Part shown: positions 52,000 through 63,415 of the stretch, in pieces
How the letters are laid out: every line of letters begins with the position of its first letter
Numbering within the stretch: the first letter of the stretch is position 1
Assembly (NCBI RefSeq): GCF_035084215.1
Contig: NC_090346.1
Location: 35,712,001-35,776,000, forward strand
Length of the DNA stretch: 64,000 bases
Direction of reading: 5' to 3'
Source of the DNA: Heptranchias perlo
Lineage: Eukaryota
Notes under the pieces: generated by a model
What the model was told of the DNA's origin: nothing
Databases searched by the model: none
The model's input: only the letters and a program-made list of their open reading frames with translations
Translations under genes and position numbers: made by a program

Positions 52000-54900
52000 C
52001 AACTAAACTGATTAGTTTGCAGGGGGCTGGACACCAGGATGTAGCATTAGAAAGGAGAAACAAGATGTACAAAGGATTGCGAGAGAGATAGCACTAGAGC
52101 AAGAAATAGTGCAGTATTAGGTGGGATCAGACTAAGAGAGAATACGAGAAGGTCTTAGATTGGTTTACAGTGCATGTGTGTAAACGCACAAAGCATGGTA
52201 AATAAGGTTGGTGAGCTGCAGGCGCAAATAACCACATGAGAATATGATGTTGTGGCGATAATGGAGACCTGGCTCAAAAAAGGGCAGGATTGGGTCTTAA
52301 TATTCCAGGAGACAAAGTGTTCAGGAAAGATAGGGAAGGAAAAAAAGGAGGGGAGGGGGATAGCAATATTGATTAAGGGGAATATTGCAGTGGTGGAGAG
52401 AGAGGATGTTCTTGAGGGGTCAAGGACAGAATCTATTTGGTTAGAGTTAAGAAACAATAGAGGTGCCATTGCACTACTGGGTGTATTCGATAGGCCACCA
52501 ACTAGTGGGAAGGATATAGAGGTGCAACTTTGCATGGAAATTACAGAGAGGTGCAAGAACTATGGAGTAGTGATAATGGGGGACTTCAACTATCCTAAAA
52601 TAGACTGGAACAGTAATAGTGTAAAGAGCAAAGAGGGGGAGGAATTTCTGAAGTGTGTTCAGGAGAATTTACTTGATCAGTATGTTTTCGGCCCGAGGAA
52701 GGAGGCATTGCTGGATCTGGTTCTGGGGAATGAGGTGGGTCAAGTGGAGCAAGTGTCAGTGGGGGAACATTTAGGGAACACTGATCGTAGTATCATAAGG
52801 TTTAGATTAGTTATGGAAAAGGACAAGGAGCAATCTAGAGTAAAAATATTTAATTGGAGGAGGGCCAATTTCAGTGGGTTGAGAATGGATCTGGCCCGGG
52901 TAAATTGGAATCAAAAATTGGCAGGCAAAACTGTAATGGAACAACGGGCGGTCTTTAAAGAGAAGATGGTTCGGGTATAGTCTAGGTACATTCCCACGAG
53001 TGGGAAAGGAAGGGCAACCAAAGTCAGAGCTCCCTGGATGACGAAAGAGATAGACAGTAAGATGAAGCAGAAAAAGGAGGCGTATGACAGATGTCAGGTT
53101 GATAATACAAGTGAGAACCAGGCTGAATATAGAAAGTACAGAGGAGAAGTGAAAAAGGAAATAAGAGGGGCAAAGAAAGAGTATGAGAATAGACTGGCAG
53201 CTAACATAAAAGGGAATCCAAAAGTCTTCTATAGACACATAAATAGTAAGCAGGTAGTAAGAGAAAGGGTGGGACCAATTAGGGACCAAAAAGGAGATCT
53301 ACTCATGGAGGCAGAGGGCATGACTGAGGTACTAAATGAGTACTTTGCATCTGTCTTTACTGAGGAAGAAGATGCTGCCAAAGTCACAGTAAAAGAGATA
53401 GTTGAGATACTGGATGGGCTAAAAATTGATAAAGAGGAGGAACTAGAAAGTTTGGCTGTACTTAAAGTAGATAAGTCACCCGGTCCGGATGGGATGCATC
53501 CTAGGTTGCTGAGGGAAGTAACGGTGGAAATTGCAGAGATGCTGGCCATAATCTTCCAATCCTCCTTAGATACGGGGGTGGTGCCAGAGGACTGGAGAAT
53601 TGCAAATGTTGCACTGTTGTTTAAAAAGGGTGTAAGGATAAACCCGGCAACTACAGGCCAGTCAGTTTAACCTCGGTGGTGGGGAAGCTTTTAGAAATAA
53701 TAATCTGGGACAAAATTAATAGTCACTTGGGCAAGTGTAGATTAATAAAGGGAAGCCAGCAGGGATTTGTTAAAGGCAAATCGTGTTTAACTGCCTTGAT
53801 TAAGTTTTTTGATGAGGTAACAGAGAGGGTTGATAAGGGCAATCTGGTTGATGTTGTGTATATGGACTTTCAAAAGGCATTTGATAAAATGCCACATAAT
53901 AGACTTGTCAGCAAAATTGAAGCCCATGGAATAAAAGGGGCAGTGGCAGCATGGATATGAAATTGGCTAAGTGACAGGAAACAGAGAGTAATGGTGAACG
54001 ATTGTTTCTCAGACTGGAGGAAGGTATACAGTGGTGTTCCCCAGGGGTCGGTACTAGGACCGCTGCTTTTTTTGATATATATTAATGACTTGGACTTTGG
54101 TGCACAGGGCACAATTTCCAAATTTGCAGGTGACACAAAACTTGGAAGTGTATTAAACAGTGAGGTGGATAGTAACAGACTGGCTGGTGGAATGGGTGGA
54201 CACATGGCAGATGAAATTTAATGCAGAGAAGTGCGAAGTGATACATTTTGGCAGGAAGAATGAGGAGAGGCAATACAAACTAAATGGTACAATTCTAAAG
54301 GGGGTACAGGAACAGAGACACCTGGGGTTATATGTGCACAAATCTTTGAAGGTGGCAGGACAGGTTGAGAAAGCAGTTAAAAAGCATATGGGATCCTGGG
54401 CTTTATAAATAGAGGCATAGAGTACAAAAGCAAGGAAGTTATGTTGAACCTTTATAAAACACTGGCTCGGCCACAACTGGAGTATTGTGTCCAATTCCGG
54501 GCACTACGCTTTAGGAAGGATGTGAAGGCCTTAGAGAGAGTGCAGAAAAGATTTACTAGAATGGTTCCAGGGATGAGGGACTTCAGTTACGTGGATAGAC
54601 TGGAGAAGCTAGGGTTGTTCTCCTTTAGAGCAGAGAAGATTGAGAGGAGATTTGATAGATGTATTCAAAATCATGAAGAGTTTATATAAAGTAAATAAAT
54701 AGAAACTGTTCCCATTGGCGGAAGGGTCGGGAATCAGTGGACAGATTTATGGTGATTGACAAAAGAACCAAAGGCGACATGAGGAAAAACTTTTTTTATG
54801 TAGCGAGTAGTTATGATCTGGAATGCGCTGCCTGAAAGGGTGGTGGAAGCAGATTCAATCGTGACTTTTAAAAAGGAATTGGATAAATACTCGAAAGGGA

Positions 54901-55010
54901 AAAATTTGCAGCGCTTCGGGGAAAGGGCCTATCTGGTTTGCTCTTACAAAGAGCCAGCATGGGCTCGATGGGCTGAATGGCCTCCTTCTGTGCTGTAACC
55001 ATTCTATGAT
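52000..55010 (+). mobile_element. CR1 LINE with a near-complete but disrupted ORF2 (APE endonuclease and RT)
   Basis: VNAQSMVNK, AIMETWL, IMGDFNYP, LLDLVL, KSPGPDGMHP, YMDFQKAFDK, GVPQGSVLGPLLF; ATTCTATGAT tail. Same subfamily as 39567-41860. Confidence 0.95.
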
Positions 55011-55948
55011 TAAGGTCTTCCTTAACCTTTCTAGCAAAGTGGTTTAAGGAGTCACTCAGTATGCACTCAGAAGCAAGCGAATTAAACTTTTACATTAAGC
55101 CTCAGTTACCCAGTTCAGTTTAGAAATGCAAAAAAAGTTTCAACAGCTCCAGCAGAAATGCAGCTAAGGTTGAGGCCTGAGGTATCTACAGACCACAAAA
55201 CAATCTATATTCTAGGGATGACGATTAGTAAGTAGCCTTGTTTGCCTCTACGTGTAACATAGGAAGACAGAAACTTGAAAATTATGAGAATGTAGTCAAA
55301 CCTAAAATGCAGTAAATGATTCTAAGTACTTTATTAGTTTACTTTCTTCCATTCCCAACTCTTGGTTGCTTTTCATGAATGACAGGGAGCAGGGTACTTC
55401 TAGTAGTAGGAAGTTTGCCTAAGGTGCCAAACATTACTGGTGTCAGGGAGATTAATAGCTTTAGGAAGGAGATAGACAACTTGTACAAGGGAATTGCAGA
55501 TGTCTTTCATGGTAGATAATAAATATTGAAATAGAAAGCATGGGTACACAATAAATGGGTGTCCGTTTGCAAAGGATCTGTGTGTGATTATTCACTATTC
55601 ATGGAAACTTTCTCAAGATTGTTTTGGGACTTTTTACCAACAGAAGTAATTTTGTTTTCAATGCAAAAAAAGATTGAAAGCAGACATAATCCAGGTCTTT
55701 AAAGTAATGCGATGCGTGGATAGTATCAATCCAAGCAGGCTATTTGACTTGTGTGCCTCCCTCATTCTGATGTTCCGTTACAGTGCTATCACTGCCATTT
55801 CAGCTTGGCTCTCAGCTAGCTTCTCATTTTGACATTTTGTGCTAGGGCACATTTGCCAAATAAACAATCATTGTAACACACAATTCTTGGCGGCCAAGGA
55901 CATGTTATGAGGGCAGTTATCTTTTTAAAGTTTGTAGGCTCTAGCTGC

Positions 55949-56709
55949 TTAATTGTCCTGTTTTAGCCTCAGATATTGAATGCAAACAATGTTTATGCGA
56001 GCATATTTCAAACTAAAATGACTTTACCAGAAGTTATGTAACCTTACTCAGGAGGGGTGGTTTCTAGTTTCTTACATGTGGTCGCTTTTTCAAAGTAAAT
56101 TCATACAAAGGAGGCTTTGTATTAATAATAATAATTACATTGCAGGAGCAAATTTGAAGTCTGTTCAGCTCTGCATTGTTTCTCTAACAAAACTACAGCT
56201 TTTTAAATCCCTGCGTGCTATGAGACTGGATTTATAGTTGCCTCAATAAATCAAAAATGTAAAATTAATAAGAAGCTGAAAGGTCATTGCTTTCAGCTCA
56301 AACTTAATTAGCTTAATTTCCCCTTAATTGTTTAATTGTCCTGTTTTAGCCTCAGATATTGAATGCAAACAATGTTTATGCGAGCATATTTCAAACTAAA
56401 ATGACTTTACCAGAAGTTATGTAACCTTACTCAGGAGGGGTGGTTTCTAGTTTCTTACATGTGGTCGCTTTTTCAAAGTAAATTCATACAAAGGAGGCTT
56501 TGTATTAATAATAATAATAATTACATTGCAGGAGCAAATTTGAAGTCTGTTCAGCTCTGCATTGTTTCTCTAACAAAACTACAGCTTTTTAAATCCCTGC
56601 GTGCTATGAGACTGGATTTATAGTTGCCTCAATAAATCAAAAATGTAAAATTAATAAGAAGCTGAAAGGTCATTGCTTTCAGCTCAAACTTAATTAGCTT
56701 AATTTCCCC
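55949..56709 (+). repeat. Tandem duplication of 375/378 bp of unique-looking intronic DNA
   Basis: Copy 1 is 55949-56323, the 8-nt linker TTAATTGT is 56324-56331, and copy 2 is 56332-56709. The only difference noticed is (AAT)4 versus (AAT)5. Confidence 0.93.
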
Positions 56710-57563
56710 CATGCTTTGGGAATGAAATTTAGCTGCAATTCAATTTTGAGTGACACAGAATAATCTTGTGCCATACCTGGTTATATCAAAATCACTGAAG
56801 TTAAAAAAAATGCAGATTATACTATTATTAAACCTTTTCTACACAAATAGTTCATATGGTTCAAGTAAATGAATATTAATATTTCTTCAGGAATATATTT
56901 CTCAATCTTCCACTCTAGTGTATGTCAATTATTTTCTGTCCTTTCTTGGACTTCTCCCTACAGTATGCGTCACTCAGTTGAGAGAACAGACAGGTTACTA
57001 CCTCTTTTCATTTGTCTGTCAGTGACACTTAGCCAAACCATTAGGAGATATGTGACATTTAAATGGGTTAAATTTGTTAACCCTTAGATTCCTCCTTCTG
57101 GGGAAGTATCTTTCTTTTAGTAAGTCCTGAAGACGCAGCTGAGTTACAGAAGGCATCATATGGAGAATCACAGGGGAAAACCAGCATTTTCACTCCGTGG
57201 TGAAGTGCATGCATGCATAAATGTTACGAAAGCAGGCAGCCTAGCACTTTCATCTCACAGCTTAGTTTCCTTAATGGTGCAGTACATCAGAATATGTTTT
57301 GTTTTGTCATGTGAAACAGGTTTGAATCCATTCGTGAAGAAGGTCTCTTTAAATCTCAGTCATAACATCTTCCCCTTTCAGGAATGGATGGCGCCTTCTA
57401 TGAAATTGTATGCATTGTATTTGCTGTAAGTTTGGATGTTGAACTGAACTGTGCTTGTACCTTAATGAGGTCCAGTCATTTTATTGATATGAGCTCTAAT
57501 TTTAAACCTGGTTCCTTCTGGCACAGCTTCCTCAGTCCAACATCCGTAGAAATCTAAGACATT

Positions 57564-57709
57564 GGGGTAGATTTTCAGTTGTACTGCCTGAGCATAAAGT
57601 ATTACCTAAGTGGAGAGCAGAGAGGAGAAATGAGTGGGTGTGTGATCCTCCCTGCCCAATGCTTCAACCAAGCAATACTTTACACTTTACACAGATGAAA
57701 ATTTACCCC
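57564..57709. mobile_element. Short MITE
   Basis: 14-bp TIR GGGGTAGATTTTCA / TGAAAATTTACCCC with 1 mismatch. Confidence 0.65.
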
Positions 57710-59348
57710 AATTATGTCAGAGGAGGAACAAAGGAATTGAAAAGCAGGAAAAATAAAACAGCAACGCTTTAGACAAAAATACAGAAAGTCAAGGAAATGA
57801 GGGAGAGAGACAACAAATGGGTTGAAATAGCAGAAAATAAAATCAGAGAATGCAAATAAAAGATAAACAGATTAATAAAAAGGAAACAAAATGAGTGAAG
57901 CACAGGAGACGAAAGAAGGAAGCTAAAAGCAAATTTAGAGCAGAAAACAAAAGTTAATAAATAAACATCCTCTGCTGAAGACAAAGGGTGAACATATATT
58001 TTTAAAAAGCTTGGATTTTTATCACACTTGGATTCTTAAAAAGCTGCACTTTCTGTACACCGGTCGAGAAACACAATCATTAATCTGCCAGCTCAGCCTG
58101 CAGCTGATGCAGTTAAATCACTGCAGGTTTCCTTCACTTTCCTTTTTCTTTTAAAAGTCGTTTTTATTTTCAAAGCAGTAAAACTTATTTTCTCATATCA
58201 GCATTTAAAGTGCTGAGGCAGTAAATGTGTCTTCCACTTCTACAGATGCTCTGATTGTGTGCTTCTCTTATATTTGCATTACTTTTCGAATGACTTCTGA
58301 AACTGTACGGAGTTTTTATGAACTTTGGTCACTTTTTAAACTTGAGAGTGAATGGAATTTTTTTTCCAGATGACATCAATACATCCAGTAACAATAACAT
58401 ACTAAACAACCTCTTGCCGATGGCTCATCCATTCACTGTTGAATCTATATTTAATAGAATTAATTTAAGTGCTTATTGAACAATCTACAGCATGCAGAGG
58501 TGAAAGACAGTTGTATCATTTCAAACTGCATAACTGTCCCATTTCATTCTGAAGAATCAGTATCTGTAACTTTAAACTGTCCACAGGAGTTCACTCTCCA
58601 ACTCATAGGAACCACAAAGTAAAGACCTTTTCAATTCTTAAATCCACTGGGCAGAACGTCACCAGCGATAGATCCTCTGCAGCGTGCAAGGTCGGCTGAT
58701 GACAGGGGGCCTACTGTCTCTCTTACATGGCTAAAGTGAAGACTTTTTTTCGCTAAAGACGAGGTCCCAAAATTCCACCAGGCCCAATTACGCCGTTTTT
58801 TGCGCCCCGAGCCGGAGTTTGCACCTGCTGATGATTTGCAGGGTCAGCTCAATTAAATATCCATTGGCAGTTCTATAGTGCAGATCCCATGTAAAATGGG
58901 CATACTGTGCTGGGGGGATTTGGACACTAATGTTTAAAGAGTCAAGGCTGACTGAAACGTGCAGCATCAGACTAGGGAGCAGCAGGTAGGTAGGGAAGTC
59001 CTCGTCTCAATGAGTTGATAGTCAAGTAGTTGCCCTAGATGGTTCATGTCTGATTTTGTGCCATTTCTAAAGAATGACTTCTATTAGAGGCAATCAAAGA
59101 GGGGACAAGGGCGTTGCATGGAAGCAGAAAAGAACAGCTTACTATTGAGGAATACACTATCCTGGACAGCACTCTGGCTGTTATTGCACAGATCCCCTGT
59201 GGCTACTTGAAATGACGCGGCGGCATAAAAGTTGAGTGCAGTCATGACCTTCATGGTACATGATGTGGAGATGCCGGTGATGGACTGGGGTTGACAATTG
59301 TAAACAATTTTACAACACCAAGTTATAGTCCAGCAATTTTATTTTAAA

Positions 59349-59387
59349 TTCACAAGCTTTCGGAGGCTTCCTCCTTCCTCAGGTGAA
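59349..59387 (-). ncRNA. Minimal type I hammerhead ribozyme motif in PLE pseudo-LTR
   Basis: Minus strand reads UUCAC-CUGAGGA-A-GGAG-gaagc-CUCC-GAAA-GC-UU-GUGAA, with a perfect 5-bp stem I and a 4-bp stem II. Confidence 0.75.
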
Positions 59388-59602
59388 CGTTGTTGGAAAT
59401 GAAATCCTCGAAATGAAATCGCATTTATAAATCACAGAACAATGCTTGGTGATTACAGACAGTGTTTTCAACTGCCCGTTGCCAAGGCAATCAGTGTGCA
59501 GACAGACAGGTGTTACCTGCAAGTTCTCCGAATATACAAATCACCAAAAAAAAAGAGATAGAGAGGTAGAAACATAGAAAAGACAGCAACTGACCCGTTA
59601 TA

Positions 59603-61055
59603 TTAAAAACAGATAACATTTGTTCGCTGGTGGGGTAACGTGTAGCATGACATGAACCCAAGATCCCGGTTGAGGCCGTCCTCATGGGTGCGGAACTTGG
59701 CTATCAATTTCTGCTCGACGATTTTGCGTTGTCGTGTGTCTCGAAGGCCGCCTTGGAGTACGCTTACCAGAAGGTCGGTGGCTGAATGTCCTTGACTGCT
59801 GAAGTGTTCCCCGACTGGGAGGGAACCCTCCTGTTTGGTGATTGTTGCGCGGTGTCCGTTCATCCGTTGTCGCAGCGTCTGCATGGTCTCGCCAATGTAC
59901 CATGCTCTGGGGCATCCTTTCCTGCAACGTATGAGGTAGACAACGTTGGCCGAGTCACAGGAGTATGAACCATGCACCTGGTGGGTGGTGTCCTCTCGTG
60001 TGATGGTGGTATCTGTGTCGATGATCTGGCATGTCTTGCAGAGGTTACCGTGGCAGGGTTGTGTGGTGTCATGGACGCTGTTCTCTTGAAAGCTAGGTAA
60101 TTTGCTGCGAACGATGGTCTGTTTGAGGTTGGGTGGCTGTTTAAAGGCGAGTAGTGGAAGTGTGGGGATGGCCATAGCGAGGTGTTCGTCGTCATTGATG
60201 ACAAGTTGAAGGCTGCGGAGAACATGGCGTAGTTTCTCCGCTCCGGGGAAGTACTGGACGACAAAGGGTACTCTGTTGGTTGCGTCCCGTGTTAGTCTCC
60301 TGAGGAGGTCTATGCGATTTTTCGCTGTGGCCCGTCGGAACTGTCGATCGATGAGTCGAGCGTCATATCCCGTTCTTACTAGGGCGTCTTTCAGCGTCTG
60401 TAGGCGTCCATCGCGTTCCTCCTCGTCTGAGCAGACCCTGTGTATTCGCAGGGCCTGTCCATAGGGGATGGCCTCTTTGACGTGGTTAGGGTGGAAGCTG
60501 GAAAAGTGGAGCATCGTGAGGTTGTCCGTGGGCTTGCGGTAGAGTGAGGTGCTGAGGTGCCCGTCTTTGATGGAGATTCGTGTGTCCAAGAAAGAAACTG
60601 ATTCTGAGGAGTAGTCCATGGTGAGCTTGATGGTGGGATGGAACTTGTTGATGTTATCGTGTAGTCTCTTTAGTGATTCCTCGCCGTGGGTCCATAGAAA
60701 GAAAATGTTGTCGATGTATCTGGTGTATAGTGTTGGTTGGAGGTCCTGTGCAGTGAAGAAGTCCTGCTCGAACTTGTGCATGAAAATGTTGGCGTATTGG
60801 GGTGCGAATTTGGTCCCATGGCTGTTCAGTGTGTTTGGGTAAAGAACTGGTTATCAAAGGTGAAGACATTGTGATCCAGGATGAAGCGGATGAGTTGTAG
60901 GATGGCGTCTGGAGATTGGCTGTTGTTGGTGTTGAGTATTGATGCTGTCGCAGCGATGCCGTCATCGTGGGGGATACTGGTGTAGAGTGCCGAGACGTCC
61001 ATCGTGGTGAGAAGTGTTCCTGGTTCAACTGGTCCGTGGGTACTGAGTTTTTGTA
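59603..61055 (-). pseudogene. PLE reverse transcriptase + GIY-YIG endonuclease ORF, disabled
   Basis: MDVSALYTSIPH, TAMG, RYIDNIF (second catalytic Asp is Asn), SFLD, LYRKPTD, CxxC linker, VVYLIRC...YIGET...RMNGH, HF, GLN. There is an in-frame TGA and a 1-nt frameshift near 60815-60830. Confidence 0.92.
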
Positions 61056-61850
61056 GGACAATGGTACAGACAATGTGGACAGAAGACCATGTCTACAGGT
61101 CACCATATTGTAAGTGGCACAACTCCCCTATTGCCTCAAGGTTCCTCACTGAGGTCTTTATAGGACATTTGTTGCCTGTATCTTCTTTGAGGAGGAGGAG
61201 GGGGTAATATCTTGACAAGAATGACCCCCTCAAATGCTGCCTCACTCTCATTTCCTCCATCCTGTCCTACTGTTTCTCCTCTTTCTCCATTAGAATGGCA
61301 AAACAAGGTATTCCCATTGGGAATGCTGCAGCTGGTCCTGAGAACTTCTCAATGTGGGTGGGGGCAAAAGTATCCCACGGGTGTGTGAGGGATTTTGTGA
61401 AGAAGAAAAGGTTGTTAGCTCTTAGAGTTCAAGCTTTTCTGAACTTAAATCCTACTGAGAAAATCTGGGTATTAGCTGATGTAAAAGCTAAGATCATTAC
61501 ACCTGGGGATTTGTCTTTTTACAACTGCAAACTGAACCAAATAGCAGCAAAGCTGTTAAACTGAATTTATACCAGCATTTTAAATGAGTTAATTCTGATT
61601 AACTGAAATTGATTTTTCCATGATACAAAAAGTGCGTTGATCACATTTTGGATGAAAGTGGTGCTTTGTTTTATACTTCAAAATGAACATACTTCATGGA
61701 GCTGTTGCCTAACATGGAAGGTAAATTCAGATCTTTTTCATTAATCCAGCTCATTTCTACACTAGATCGGCTCCACTCTGATTTAACTGCAATACTGGAC
61801 TCCTTAGAATACGAGTTTCTATATATTTACTGTGAAAGTGGTACATTTAC

Positions 61851-62872
61851 TGTGTCCAGTGGTGTGCCTCAGGGATCGGTGCTGGGTCCGCTGTTATTTG
61901 TTATTTATATTAATGATTTGGATGAGAATTTAGGAGGCATGGTTAGTAAGTTTGCAGATGACACCAAGATTGGTGGCATTGTGGACAGTGAAGAAGGTTA
62001 TCTAGGATTGCAACGGGATCTTGATCAATTGGGCCAGTGGGCCGATGAATGGCAGATGGAGTTTAATTTAGATAAATGTGAGGTGATGCATTTTGGTAGA
62101 TCGAATCGGGCCAGGACCTACTCCGTTAATGGTAGGGCGTTGGGGAGAGTTATAGAACAAAGAGATCTAGGAGTACAGATTCATAGCTCCTTGAAAGTGG
62201 AGTCACAGGTGGATAGGGTGGTGAAGAAGGCATTCAGCATGCTTGGTTTCATTGGTCAGAACATTGAATACAGGAGTTGGGATGTCTTGTTGAAGTTGTA
62301 CAAGACATTAGTAAGGCCACACTTGGAATACTGTGTACAGTTCTGGTCACCCTATTATAGAAAGGATATTATTAAACTAGAAAGAGTGCAGAAAAGATTT
62401 ACCAGGATGCTACCGGGACTTGATGGTTTGACTTATAGGGAGAGGTTAGATAGACTGGGACTTTTTTACCTGGAGAGTAGGAGGTTAAGGGGTGATCTTA
62501 TAGAAGTCTATAAAATAATGAGGGGCATAGATAAGGTAGATAGTCAAAATCTTTTCCCAAAGGTAGGGGAGTCTATAATGAGGGGGCATAGATTTAAGGT
62601 GAGAGGGGAGAGATACAAAAGGGTCCAGAGGGGCAACTTTTTCACTCAAAGGGTGGTGAGTGTCTGGAACGAGCTGCCAGAGGCAGTAGTAGAGGCGGGT
62701 ACAATTTTGTCTTTTAAAAAGCATTTGGACAGTTACATGGGTAAGATGGGTATAGAGGGATATGGGCCAAGTGCAGGCAATTGGGACTAGCTTAGTGGTA
62801 TAAACTGGTCGACATGGACATGTTGGGCCGAAGGGCCTGTTTCCATGTTGTAACTTCTATGATTCTATGATT
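61851..62872 (+). mobile_element. Young 5'-truncated CR1 LINE with an uninterrupted ORF2 C-terminus
   Basis: SGVPQGSVLGPLLFVIYINDLD...KFADDTKIGG...VWNELP is open to the natural stop at 62790, followed by a (TTCTATGA)n tail. Confidence 0.95.
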
Positions 62873-62987
62873 TATCTGAATATTTCATGCCTATATCAGG
62901 GAATGAATTCTATGCTAGCAATTTTACATCAATGGGACTTGGTCTTGTCACCATGTTTACTTTAAAGTGCTCTTAAGCCAACATGGA

Positions 62988-63415
62988 AGAAAGAACGGCT
63001 CACATTTATTTAGTGCCTAATCACACCTTTGAGGAATATCTCAAAGCACTTTGCATGATTTATTTTTTGAAATACAGTGGCTGTAGTTATGTAGGCAAAC
63101 ATGACAGTTAATATAAGCACAGCAAGATTCCACAAACACAATGAAATGAATGATCAGATAATCTGGGCTTTTTTTGGTATTGGTTGAGGGAAGAATGTTG
63201 GCCAAGACATCAGAAGAACTCCATGCTCTTCTTCAAGAAGTATCATGGGATCTTTAACATCCATCTGAACATTTAGATGGTCGAACATCTCTGAAAAATG
63301 GTACCTCCACCAATGCAGTGCTCTCTCAGTACTACACTAAAGTCCTGGAGTGAGGCTTGAATCCACAACATTCTGGCAAGAGGTAACAATGCCACAAACT
63401 AAGCCAAGCTGACAC
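62988..63415 (-). mobile_element. Deu-domain SINE (SacSINE1-like), degenerate
   Basis: Reverse complement has head GTGTCAGCTTGGCTTAG, core TTAAAGATCCCATG and the L2-type tail. Confidence 0.75.

Larger units (their letters stand above)
59261..61060 (-). mobile_element. Penelope-like retroelement (Neptune-type), 5'-truncated within the RT
   Basis: RT and GIY-YIG coding region plus a 3' pseudo-LTR. TSD ATGGTACA at 59253-59260 and 61061-61068. Confidence 0.95.

Noticed and set aside
39618-54494. Many minus-strand ORFs of 60-160 aa opposite CR1 copies
   Set aside because: These are antisense shadows of CR1 ORF2, not CPPED1 exons.
59603-60781. 392-aa RT plus GIY-YIG ORF as a novel RT-nuclease system or domesticated gene
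   Set aside because: This is standard Penelope-like architecture. The copy is 5'-truncated and has a stop, a frameshift and a YIDN catalytic substitution.
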